Origin: Pedobacter schmidteae
Lineage (GTDB): Bacteria; Bacteroidota; Bacteroidia; Sphingobacteriales; Sphingobacteriaceae
NCBI RefSeq assembly: GCF_900564155.1
Contig: NZ_LS999839.1
Location: 585,097 to 617,096, forward strand
Length of the DNA stretch: 32,000 bases
Direction: 5' to 3'
In this document: in pieces, positions 1-7,974 of the stretch
Layout: each line of letters begins with the position of its first letter
How positions within the stretch are numbered: the first letter of the stretch is position 1
The notes under the pieces: model-generated
The model's database searches: none
Told to the model about the DNA's origin: nothing
The model's input: the letters and a program-made list of their open reading frames with translations, nothing else
Program-made: the position numbers and the translations under genes

Positions 1-1026
1 ATCATTGGCAAAATTTTCAAAAACGGTAGCATTAATAAATGTACCGCTGGTGTTTCCTGCCAGAATTTTGCCGTCAAAAAGAACCGGGCTAAAATATTCA
101 TTGAAAATATCCGGAAGCCTGCTGTTTTCCGCACCAAAAATCATCTCTGTTGCAAAAATCTTATTACTTACATCTGAGACGTTTAAATCAGACTGAACAA
201 TCCATGGAAACTTATTTTGTACTGCAATCATACTTTTAGCAACTGTAAGGGCTGTTGCCTTGTCTCCTTTCCATAAATTAACCCTGGCCTGCAAAGCTTT
301 TACAGCATAATAATTCATACGGTAAACACGCACATTACGCCCGTATTCCTGTGTTGGCTTACTTACCCTTGCCTGTCCTACCACAGGATCGCTGGCCAGC
401 AACAACTGTTCTGCATTGCTCAGGTCAGCTAAAATCTTCTGCATAATAAAGTTTGAAGGCTTAAAGTCCGATATATCTGCACCAATACGATCATAATAGG
501 GTAAAGTTTGGGTTAGCGAATCGGCCGAAGTATAGGGTTTCGTAAACATCCGCATCAGGTCGAAATAATAAAAGGCTCTTAAACCCAAGGCCTCACCTTT
601 ATATTGCTTTAGGGCCTGTTGATCTAATATTGAACCATACTGATCCAGACTTTGCAGATATTTGTTCACATTAGCAATACCGGTATACATCCCCTGCCAG
701 ATGGCCTCTATTTGCTTCTTGGATTTGTCATCTTCGTAGTTATAGGTTGACATCAGATAAAGGTCTGGCTGGTCAGAGTTGCCCACACTGTATAATTGTG
801 CCATTACATCCAGGGTGGTCATGGTTAAATTTCTGCCATACATGGCATTAGAGGCCGTGTATAAATAAAGACCATTCATTGCCTCTGCGAAACCTTGCGG
901 ACTGGAATACAACTGATCTTCAATAAATTTATCTTCTGGCTTTACATCAAGCCACTTGTTACAGCCCGTTATACAAAACAGGGCAGAGAACAATAGTAAA
1001 TATTTAAAAAACTTCTTTTTCATCAT
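1..1026 (-). CDS. SusD/RagB-family nutrient-binding outer-membrane lipoprotein (partial; C-terminus lies beyond the window start)
   Basis: Minus-strand frame opens at ATG ATG (1026/1023) and stays open to base 1. It is missing from the ORF track because there is no stop in the window. Hand translation gives MMKKKFFKYLLLFSALFCITGCNKWLDVKPEDKFIEDQLYSSPQGFAEAMNGLYLY..., and the last codons read ..AGNTSGTFINATVFENFAND with no stops. It has a lipoprotein signal plus Cys. It aligns with the SusD-like protein at 10304-11743 (..CSKWLDVQPKDKVTEEQLYSTPDGIAEALNGIY..). It starts 4 nt after the SusC stop. Confidence 0.85.
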   Translation of the reverse strand, partial: MMKKKFFKYLLLFSALFCITGCNKWLDVKPEDKFIEDQLYSSPQGFAEAMNGLYLYTASNAMYGRNLTMTTLDVMAQLYSVGNSDQPDLYLMSTYNYEDDKSKKQIEAIWQGMYTGIANVNKYLQSLDQYGSILDQQALKQYKGEALGLRAFYYFDLMRMFTKPYTSADSLTQTLPYYDRIGADISDFKPSNFIMQKILADLSNAEQLLLASDPVVGQARVSKPTQEYGRNVRVYRMNYYAVKALQARVNLWKGDKATALTVAKSMIAVQNKFPWIVQSDLNVSDVSNKIFATEMIFGAENSRLPDIFNEYFSPVLFDGKILAGNTSGTFINATVFENFAND

Positions 1027-1030
1027 TATT

Positions 1031-4000
1031 TTATTTGAATGTTGCTCTGATACTCATGGACACCGAACGTGCAAAGGGATACAAGGTTCCACGCTCTTTT
1101 TGTACAGTTGAAGCATAAAAAAGGTCGTTTGAATAAGCCGTTACACTTAAGGCCGATAGATAGGCCTGATTTAACCATTTCCTATTTTTAAACTCGTAGC
1201 CCAAGTTAAATGACTCGCCTGTAAATGAGGTTTCTTTTTGCACAAATCTCGAACTGATCGGCGTTTTTGCAGAGATAGAAATCCCTTTAAACTCGGTTAA
1301 ATCACCAGGCTTCTGCCACCTGTCGTACAGCGCCCGCTTATCCTGATTGAACCTGATGCCCTCGTAAGAAATATTTTCTACTTTATTATATAGAGCTGAA
1401 TTAAATTGCTCCCTTGCGATTACATAACGCACAAAAACTCCGGCGGTAAACCCCTTGTAAAAGAAAGTACTGCTGATCACGCCCTCAGCTTTTGGTTTAC
1501 TGTTACCTACAACCACCTGGTCGGCAGGATCATAGGTAAAAGTCTGCTGTCCGTTTTTCTTTAAAAACACTTCTTTACCCGTTGCCGGATCAATACCCAA
1601 TGAAGGGACTGCCCACATATCATAAACGCTGTAACCGTCACGGTACCTTACCAACGAATTGCTTTTTGCCAGTTCATTGTTTAATGAAGTCAGTTTAGCA
1701 TCAAACTTGTCGTATTTCTGATCACTCATGGCTCCGGTAAGACCAAAAGATAAAATCGTATGACCGGGATTCCTTATTGGCTGATACGTAATGGAGGTTT
1801 CGATTCCCTTTACAATAGAAATCCCGGCATTAAATGGATAATTATTTAAGCCAGTTGAAGAAGGGAGGTTTACTGCAACCACCAGAGGGTCTGTCCTTTT
1901 GTTATAAGCATTAAACTCGATATTCAATTTGTTACCAAACAGAGCAGCATCAAAACCAACACTGGTTTGCAATGTTTTTTGCCATTTCAAATCAGGCGCA
2001 CCTAAGCCGTTCAGAAAAACGCCCTGACCATAACTATTTATGTTGGAATAATACCCATATACAGACTGACTGACATTCCCAAAATTCTGGTTTCCTGTCG
2101 ATCCAATATTCCCACGCAAACGTAAGCTATTGATCCAACCAATATTCTTCATGAATTCTTCTTTGTAAACATTCCAGCTTACCCCAACCGAATAATATGG
2201 TGCATATCGATGCGCCGAGCCAAAAGCTGTAGACCCATCCAAATTCAGGTTCATATCCACATTGTAGCGCTGATCATAAGAGTAGTTCACCGATGCAACA
2301 ATACTATTCCTTCTCGTCAAAGAGTTTTTTGCAACGGGGCTTCCCGAAAGGGGATAACCAAAAGCGAAAGCAGGATTTCCATTGCTTGAGTTGGGGAAAC
2401 CAATAGCACCATAGCCATTTAATCTTCTATTATTCTGTGCAACCTCGCCCCTTAAATATCCTGTAAAGGAATGTACTTTATTAAATACTTTTGCATAGGT
2501 CAAACTGATGTTGACATTATAATTCAGCTCTTTCCTGGTTTCAGAAGTATACACTCCTTTTTTTGCCGGATCTGTTTCATCTTCGTATTTCGTATTCAAC
2601 GGAGACACAAATTGTGTACTGTCTGCTGAATTTTTTGCAATTTGTGCATTCACCTGTAATCTCAGTTGATTGGTAAAATCGGCATTCAACTGAAAGTTAT
2701 TCTGCACGTTAAAACTTGAAGAATTGGCAAAACTGTTTAACGAGGCATTATAAAGCGGATTTGGAATCCGTTCATTTCCCTTGCTATCCAGCCCTTCAGC
2801 ATTATAACTTGGAGAAATTACCACCTCCAGGTATTTCTGGCTCGGGCTTGCAAGCCTGTAATAAGGATTCGTCCCTACCCAATCGGCAAAACTTCCATAT
2901 GGAGAATCGGCACCTTCAGCACCACTTATATATACCCTATTAGAGATATTTATAATTCCAGTCCGATAACTCAGGTTCAGATTTGCACCCCAGTCATCTC
3001 TTTTCGACCCGATCATTGTGGCATTGTTTTTTCTCAGATTTGCCCCAACCTCGTATCTTAAAACCTCATCTCCGCCAGATGCATTAATAGAGTGTCTGTG
3101 TGAAAAACCAGTTTGTAACGGCTGACTTAACCAATAGGTATCTACACCTTTTAAAACTTCACTTAAACGTGAATTATACACCTCATCTAAAGCCAATTGT
3201 CTGGTTGCACCATCGTTTCTGTCTCTATATCTTCCCGCCAGCCTTTCAAATTGAATTTTCTCGGAGGCATTCATCATATTATAAGAGGAAAGGTCTGGCA
3301 ACTCAGCTTTCAAATCAGAAGTATAACTTAACCTGATCTTCCCAGGCTCCGGTTTTTTGGTTTCAATAACAACTACGCCATTAGAAGCCCTTGAACCATA
3401 GATGGCTGTCGACGAAGCATCTTTCAAGATAGTAACAGAGGCCACTGTATTCATATCTAAATCAACAATTGTCCTCAAAGTCGATTCAAAGCCATCCAGG
3501 ATAAACAGCGGCTGATTCGGATCCGTAGAAAATTCATCTCTTAATCCGCTGGTTGAAATACTGGTCTGTCCGCGTAGTTCAAGTGTTGGCAACACATTTG
3601 GGTTAGAGCCCAAAGCATTGTTCACGATCTGTAAAAATGCGGGATCCAGAGATTTTAAACTTTGAATAATGTTCTGGTTACCCAACATCTTTAACTGATC
3701 GCCACTAAAAGTTGCAGTAGCGCCTGTAAATGAGGTCTTTTTACGAACCATCATTCCGGTAACCACCACGTCTTTCATGTTGTTTTCTTCGACTTCCATT
3801 TTAATGGTCAACATCGGCTGATTGGGCTTAAGTGGTATTTCCTGTGTTTTATAACCTACATAGGAAATGACCAGCGTTTCCTTAAAAGAAGGAACTGCCA
3901 ATCTGAAACGTCCTTGTGCGTTGCTTACCGCTCCACCTGATGTGGCTCCCTTAATCCTAATAGAAGCACCCGGAATAGGGACTCCACTTTCGTCCAGAAT

Positions 4001-4342
4001 TGTTCCATACACCTGCATTTGCTGAAAGAGAAGAAGCTCAAGAGTCCTATCCCTGATGATGATGGTTTTTTCTTTAATGGAATAAGTAAGTGGCTGGCCT
4101 TTGAAGCTGGCATTTAACGCGTCGACAAGCGAGCCCTTTTCAATGTCGATCGTTACAGGCCTGGCCAATTTCATCTGCGGCGCGGTGTACACAAAGTCGT
4201 AACCGCTTTGTTTTCTGATGGCTTTGATTACCTCCTGCAGTGATGCATTGTCCTTTTTCAGACTAATGATCTGTGCGTAGCCACCCGCAGTAACCTGCAG
4301 CAGCATACTGGTTAATAAAATAATGGTTAGGTTTATCCGCAT
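1031..4342 (-). CDS. SusC/RagA-type TonB-dependent outer-membrane transporter with N-terminal STN (secretin/TonB N-terminus) signalling domain
   Basis: ORF 1031-4480. I prefer the start at Met47 (ATG 4342), which gives the signal peptide MRINLTIILLTSMLLQVTAGGYAQ. That peptide aligns with the paralog, whereas the upstream 46 codons have no counterpart there. An STN-like segment (LQEVIKAIRKQSGYDFVY..IIIRDR) is followed by a CarboxypepD_reg-like segment (VYGTILDESGVPIPGASIRIKGA), a plug (DVVVTG.. ILDGF.. ILKDASSTAIYGSRASNGVVVIETKK) and a C-terminal beta-barrel ending in F. It lies downstream of an ECF sigma/FecR pair. Confidence 0.9.
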   Translation of the reverse strand: MRINLTIILLTSMLLQVTAGGYAQIISLKKDNASLQEVIKAIRKQSGYDFVYTAPQMKLARPVTIDIEKGSLVDALNASFKGQPLTYSIKEKTIIIRDRTLELLLFQQMQVYGTILDESGVPIPGASIRIKGATSGGAVSNAQGRFRLAVPSFKETLVISYVGYKTQEIPLKPNQPMLTIKMEVEENNMKDVVVTGMMVRKKTSFTGATATFSGDQLKMLGNQNIIQSLKSLDPAFLQIVNNALGSNPNVLPTLELRGQTSISTSGLRDEFSTDPNQPLFILDGFESTLRTIVDLDMNTVASVTILKDASSTAIYGSRASNGVVVIETKKPEPGKIRLSYTSDLKAELPDLSSYNMMNASEKIQFERLAGRYRDRNDGATRQLALDEVYNSRLSEVLKGVDTYWLSQPLQTGFSHRHSINASGGDEVLRYEVGANLRKNNATMIGSKRDDWGANLNLSYRTGIINISNRVYISGAEGADSPYGSFADWVGTNPYYRLASPSQKYLEVVISPSYNAEGLDSKGNERIPNPLYNASLNSFANSSSFNVQNNFQLNADFTNQLRLQVNAQIAKNSADSTQFVSPLNTKYEDETDPAKKGVYTSETRKELNYNVNISLTYAKVFNKVHSFTGYLRGEVAQNNRRLNGYGAIGFPNSSNGNPAFAFGYPLSGSPVAKNSLTRRNSIVASVNYSYDQRYNVDMNLNLDGSTAFGSAHRYAPYYSVGVSWNVYKEEFMKNIGWINSLRLRGNIGSTGNQNFGNVSQSVYGYYSNINSYGQGVFLNGLGAPDLKWQKTLQTSVGFDAALFGNKLNIEFNAYNKRTDPLVVAVNLPSSTGLNNYPFNAGISIVKGIETSITYQPIRNPGHTILSFGLTGAMSDQKYDKFDAKLTSLNNELAKSNSLVRYRDGYSVYDMWAVPSLGIDPATGKEVFLKKNGQQTFTYDPADQVVVGNSKPKAEGVISSTFFYKGFTAGVFVRYVIAREQFNSALYNKVENISYEGIRFNQDKRALYDRWQKPGDLTEFKGISISAKTPISSRFVQKETSFTGESFNLGYEFKNRKWLNQAYLSALSVTAYSNDLFYASTVQKERGTLYPFARSVSMSIRATFK

Positions 4343-4470
4343 TATATACTTCCTTTTGTCCGCCTCCCTGATTCGCTGAAGAACCAGACAAGCGATTTGC
4401 AATATTAAATTTGCTGCATGAGCAAATCGCATACGCTTAAATAGCGCATTAAATTTCATACATTTGAATT

Positions 4471-4605
4471 TAGATCCCATTGCTGTGGTTAAAAGCAGTA
4501 TTGGGAATGGTTTGGAATTTAGTTGATTAATGTGTTCAGCATTATAGAATTAGCAATCCAACCTTTTACCTGGAGCGAGGCCAATCGTTCCAGGTTCTTT
4601 TTTGG
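4471..4605 (+). ncRNA. Candidate cis-antisense small RNA in the fecR-susC spacer (DonS-like position)
   Basis: Plus-strand TACATTTG (4459-4466) matches the Bacteroidetes -7 consensus TAnnTTTG. A strong hairpin plus T-tract follows 102 nt downstream (4568-4605). There is no plus-strand CDS anywhere nearby. The paralogous spacer has the same arrangement (15108-15237). No -33 TTTG element was found, and the 5' end is only a prediction. Confidence 0.3.
4568..4605 (+). terminator. Intrinsic-terminator-like hairpin plus T-tract oriented antisense to the operon
   Basis: ACCTGGAGCGA (4568-4578) pairs with TCGTTCCAGGT (4585-4595). The stem is 11 bp with one G-U that exists only in the plus-strand RNA. 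The loop is GGCCAA, followed by TCTTTTTTGG. On the minus strand the flank is TAAAAGG, which is not U-rich. Confidence 0.5.
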
Positions 4606-4622
4606 ATTACACTTATGTAAAA

Positions 4623-5744
4623 TTATGGCATAACTGTAACCCTCCTCCCTTCAATCTTAAAGTGAACGCCTCCGGTTTCTTCCAATATTGTTAATACTTG
4701 TGATAAGCTCCGGCTCCTCGAAATTTCGGCGCCAAAATCTATATCACTTACCTCACCTTTATAAATTACCTCAATGTCATACCAACGCTCCAACTTACGC
4801 ATGATACTATGGATGTTCTCATCTTTAAAGTTAAAATCACCATTCATCCAGGCCACCACCTGATCTACATCAGCATTAATGATCTTAACCCGATTGCCAA
4901 CCGAAGCCTGTTGCCCCGGTTTTAGCAGGTAATCCTTACCACCAACCGCTACCTTAACGCTACCTTCCAACAAGGTTGTTTTTATTGTGGCTTCACCTGC
5001 ATAACTGTTTACATTAAAATGCGTACCCAACACCTCTACCACCTGCTTATCAGTATGTACTTTAAACGGAAGCACTTTATTTTTCGCCACCTCAAAATAG
5101 GCCTCTCCGCTAAGCTGAATGTCTCGGGAGCCTCCGGTAAATGCTGTAGGGAAAGTTAAGGTGGAGGCAGAATTTAACCAAACCTTTGAACCATCAGGTA
5201 AAACGACCTGATACTGTCCGCCTTTAGGTGTTGACAACTTATTCATCACCGCAGCAGCACCCTGTTGATTTTGGTAAGTCAATTGTCCGTCAGCAGTTTT
5301 GTTAATCATCGCTTTACCCTCCCTTGCTAACAATCCATCTTTAGCATCATCAAGCACCACCTTCTTTCCGTCAGCAAGCACCAAAATGGCTTTGTTACCG
5401 CCAGGAGTTACATCATTCTTATAACGTGCTGCAATGGGTTGTTTTGACACATCACTACCCTTAAAATTAACAAAATACATTACAGCCGATACTATAAGTA
5501 ATACCGCAGCAGCAGCATATTTCAGCCATAAGCTCATCTTTTTGGGCGTATGCATTTCTTCATGTAAGGGCAAAGCCGCCCAAATGGCCTTACCGGCCCG
5601 GCCTAACTCTTCCTCATCCGGCATAAAATCACTTTCAGCAAGCATTTTGATGTGCCAGCTCTCTACAATAGCTTTTTCTTCCGGAGAACAGGTTCCCGAT
5701 TTATACCTATTGATTAAATCTTCTGAATTGTAGTTATGCTGCAT
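4623..5744 (-). CDS. FecR-family transmembrane anti-sigma factor
   Basis: 373 aa. There is an N-terminal cytoplasmic anti-sigma segment, then one TM helix (LWLKYAAAAVLLIVSAVMYFV). The periplasmic FecR-like domain (..GEAYFEVAKN..PF.V.T....V.VLGTHFNV..Y) is followed by a C-terminal ..FKIEGRRVTV tail typical of Bacteroidetes FecR homologs. It sits between the ECF sigma and the STN-SusC. Confidence 0.9.
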   Translation of the reverse strand: MQHNYNSEDLINRYKSGTCSPEEKAIVESWHIKMLAESDFMPDEEELGRAGKAIWAALPLHEEMHTPKKMSLWLKYAAAAVLLIVSAVMYFVNFKGSDVSKQPIAARYKNDVTPGGNKAILVLADGKKVVLDDAKDGLLAREGKAMINKTADGQLTYQNQQGAAAVMNKLSTPKGGQYQVVLPDGSKVWLNSASTLTFPTAFTGGSRDIQLSGEAYFEVAKNKVLPFKVHTDKQVVEVLGTHFNVNSYAGEATIKTTLLEGSVKVAVGGKDYLLKPGQQASVGNRVKIINADVDQVVAWMNGDFNFKDENIHSIMRKLERWYDIEVIYKGEVSDIDFGAEISRSRSLSQVLTILEETGGVHFKIEGRRVTVMP

Positions 5745-5833
5745 AAATTAAAACGGCCTGATATTGCCGCATCAGATATATGTAGGTTAAATAGCAGGGA
5801 GGGAGTAGAAGAAAAAAAATATTTTTTTGCGCG

Positions 5834-6415
5834 CTAAAAATTGACGCTGATAAAGATGGAAAACACCTTCAGTTTTCCTTTCAGAATTTTGACCGCATTG
5901 CTCACCTGTTTTTTTACGGTCAGGTCCGATACCCCAAGCTTATCGGCAATTTCTTTATGTGAAAATCCTTCATTTCTACTCATTTCAAACATTTCTCTCA
6001 TTTTTGGAGGCAAAGCGGCAACCTCCTTTTCAATAACCGCTACAAGTTCCCTTTCCCTCAGCTGGTCATCGGTAATATATTCCCCTTCTTTAATAAATTG
6101 CTGCAGGTAGGTTTGATAATCTGTCCTTACTTTTCTGTGATCCAACAGATCAAAAATCCGGTAACGTACAGAAGTATACAGGTAAAGAGAGAGGGAAGTT
6201 TTGATGGTTAGTTCAGTCCCTTTATGCCATAGATAGGTAAAAACCTCTTGAATAATGTCCTGGGCATCATCTTCATCGGCTAATATTTTTCGGGCATAAA
6301 CGTACATAATGGCCCAGTAGCGCTGGTAAATTTGTTCATAAGCATGCCTGTCCCCTGCCTTAAAAAGCAGTAGCAACTCATCATCTGGAATACGGCTTAA
6401 ATCCTGTTCTTGCAT
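5834..6415 (-). CDS. ECF-type (group 4, sigma-70 family) RNA polymerase sigma factor
   Basis: 193 aa. Region 2-like segment: ..AYEQIYQRYWAIMYVYARKIL.DEDDAQDIIQEVF..LW. Region 4 HTH: ALPPKMREMFEMSRNEGFSHKEIADKLGVSDLTVKKQVSNA. It is paralogous to 16646-17230. Confidence 0.9.
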   Translation of the reverse strand: MQEQDLSRIPDDELLLLFKAGDRHAYEQIYQRYWAIMYVYARKILADEDDAQDIIQEVFTYLWHKGTELTIKTSLSLYLYTSVRYRIFDLLDHRKVRTDYQTYLQQFIKEGEYITDDQLRERELVAVIEKEVAALPPKMREMFEMSRNEGFSHKEIADKLGVSDLTVKKQVSNAVKILKGKLKVFSIFISVNF

Positions 6416-6448
6416 GTATCCTTGAGCGTTAATAATTAGGTCCCGCTA

Positions 6449-6456
6449 CAATAATA
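6449..6456 (-). promoter_or_regulatory. Candidate -7 promoter box TATTATTG upstream of the ECF sigma gene
   Basis: The minus strand reads CCTATTATTG, a one-off match to TAnnTTTG. It lies exactly 33 nt upstream of the ATG at 6415. The identical octamer lies exactly 33 nt upstream of the paralogous sigma start at 17230. Confidence 0.3.
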
Positions 6457-6508
6457 GGAATTTATATGCTAAGCACATAAAAATCAGGCATAAGATGAGG
6501 CTATCATT

Positions 6509-6553
6509 AAAAATTGTCGACCGAACGGCAATCCTGCACAGTCCGGTCGACAA
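6509..6553 (-). terminator. Intrinsic terminator closing locus B
   Basis: In minus-strand RNA, UUGUCGACCG (from 6544-6553) pairs with CGGUCGACAA (from 6514-6523). This is a 10-bp perfect stem around a 20-nt loop, followed directly by UUUUU (6509-6513). It begins 11 nt after the TlpA-like stop codon. Confidence 0.6.
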
Positions 6554-6564
6554 GCGTTGATCAA

Positions 6565-7947
6565 TTAGTTCAACAGCGTTTTTTCCAGCAAAGCTTTTAA
6601 TGCCGGATCCGATGGCCTTGGCGAATCCACCGTCACAATTTTGCCTTGCTTATCGAATACCATAAAACGGGGAATTCCCTTAATTTTATAGTATTGAGCC
6701 AGGTCTCCCCACCCTGACGCAAACAACTGCAAACCTCCCAGCCCTTCTTCTTTAATCATTTTCAGCCACTTCTCCTTGTCTTTGGCCTCATCAACCGAAA
6801 TAGAAACTACCTGCACATCCGTTCCCTTCATCTCCTCTTCCAGCTTTTTCAGGTAAGGAATTTCGGCCTTGCAGGGCCCGCACCAGGTAGCCCATACATC
6901 CACCAGCACTACTTTCCCTTTCAAATCGGCCATAGATACCATTTTACCTTCTTTATCGGGATAGGAGAAATTAAAAGCCGCATCACCTTCCCTTAACTGC
7001 GCCAAAGGCGACATAATGTCCATCTGCTTCTTTTTCTGGCTTTTGGTGAGGATAAACTTACCGTATACATCCATCAACCCCTTAAAGTCATTAAAAGTGG
7101 TGTATCCTGATGCAGCACTCAAAACAAAGTCTCCTTTTAGGGTATCATTCGGTAAAAAATCAAGTGTAGCTTTCATGCCTTCTATTCCCCTCACATATTT
7201 CATACCCGCCTGTTGTTTGTTCGTATTGACCAAACCGTTCAAGGTACGCATACCCCATGGCTGGGCATAGGCTCCTGCCGCATGTCGGGCAAAATCGACC
7301 GCCTTTAAGGTAGCATAATAAGGGCTATATTGCGCAACCGTTGGGTGTGCGGAACGCGGTGTACCCAGGAAATTAGTTGCATAAAGCGCCATATCCCAGG
7401 CCATGTTCTGTTCCATTTGTTTATCAAACCGAGTGTTTCCGGTTGTCTTTCCATTCAAAAAGGCTTTTGATTTCCTGGCAATTTCTTCCAATAGCGGAAA
7501 GAAATCGACATAGGTACTTTGTGTTTTCATAAAGTTAACAGCCTTATTTTCTATAGGCATCACGAGGTTGTGCCACTGACTAAGCACAACATTTTCCTTC
7601 GAGTTCAATTTTCCGTTCAGCACATAGCCTGAGTCCAGAACTGTCAAAGAAAGCTCTTCTCCGCCCTTGAAGTAGAACTTATAATTGTCATTCGGACTGA
7701 CGGCCTCTCCGGTTCCAATCAGGTAAAAGCCTTCGTATTCCGGGTAAAACTTAAAGCCAAAACTTCCTTTATCCGTTGCCTTTGTTGAGGCTATTTCTAT
7801 AACCTGGCCTTCCTGTACCTTAAATACTTTTACCGGTTTAGCGGTATTCTTTTTCAGTAAACCAGTTACCTCAACCGCTTGCTGTGCAAAGACTGTAGTT
7901 GCGCTCAAAGTTAGCAGTACTGCACTGCATACATATTTAAAATTCAT
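6565..7947 (-). CDS. Secreted TlpA/AhpC-TSA-like thiol:disulfide oxidoreductase with a roughly 320-aa N-terminal region of unknown function
   Basis: 460 aa with a type-I signal peptide (..LSATTVFAQQ). The C-terminal thioredoxin fold has the active site VDVWATWCGPCKAEIP and a ..KGIPRFMVFDKQGKIV segment. The N-terminal part has no motif I recognise. Confidence 0.8.
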   Translation of the reverse strand: MNFKYVCSAVLLTLSATTVFAQQAVEVTGLLKKNTAKPVKVFKVQEGQVIEIASTKATDKGSFGFKFYPEYEGFYLIGTGEAVSPNDNYKFYFKGGEELSLTVLDSGYVLNGKLNSKENVVLSQWHNLVMPIENKAVNFMKTQSTYVDFFPLLEEIARKSKAFLNGKTTGNTRFDKQMEQNMAWDMALYATNFLGTPRSAHPTVAQYSPYYATLKAVDFARHAAGAYAQPWGMRTLNGLVNTNKQQAGMKYVRGIEGMKATLDFLPNDTLKGDFVLSAASGYTTFNDFKGLMDVYGKFILTKSQKKKQMDIMSPLAQLREGDAAFNFSYPDKEGKMVSMADLKGKVVLVDVWATWCGPCKAEIPYLKKLEEEMKGTDVQVVSISVDEAKDKEKWLKMIKEEGLGGLQLFASGWGDLAQYYKIKGIPRFMVFDKQGKIVTVDSPRPSDPALKALLEKTLLN

Positions 7948-7974
7948 TTTTTGTACTCTGTTTGATATAAAAGC

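Noticed and set aside
5-196. 63-aa plus-strand ORF at the window start
   Set aside because: It lies wholly antisense to a well-supported SusD-like reading frame (1-1026, minus strand). Its sequence is low-complexity with no recognisable motif.
4343-4480. 46-codon N-terminal extension of the first SusC ORF (MGSKFKCMKFNALFKRMRF...)
   Set aside because: The extension is not homologous to the paralog's extension and contains a 9-bp inverted repeat. A canonical signal peptide begins at Met47. I treat it as 5' leader, although the 4480 start is not formally excluded.
4568-4595. Reading the spacer hairpins (also 15199-15227) as minus-strand terminators of fecR, or as GGAAC-type ECF -35 elements
   Set aside because: The minus-strand downstream flanks (TAAAAGG, CAAAAGT) are not U-rich, and one stem pair becomes a C-A mismatch on that strand. 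The GGAA sequence is part of a stem with compensatory changes, which argues for structure rather than a -35 motif. A sense-strand role is not fully excluded, and this is noted in the findings.
5812-5828. A8-TA-T7 palindrome between the sigma-1 stop and the fecR-1 start
   Set aside because: It is a pure A/T low-complexity tract and would form only a very weak hairpin. It may be a spacer or UP-like element, but nothing supports a specific function.
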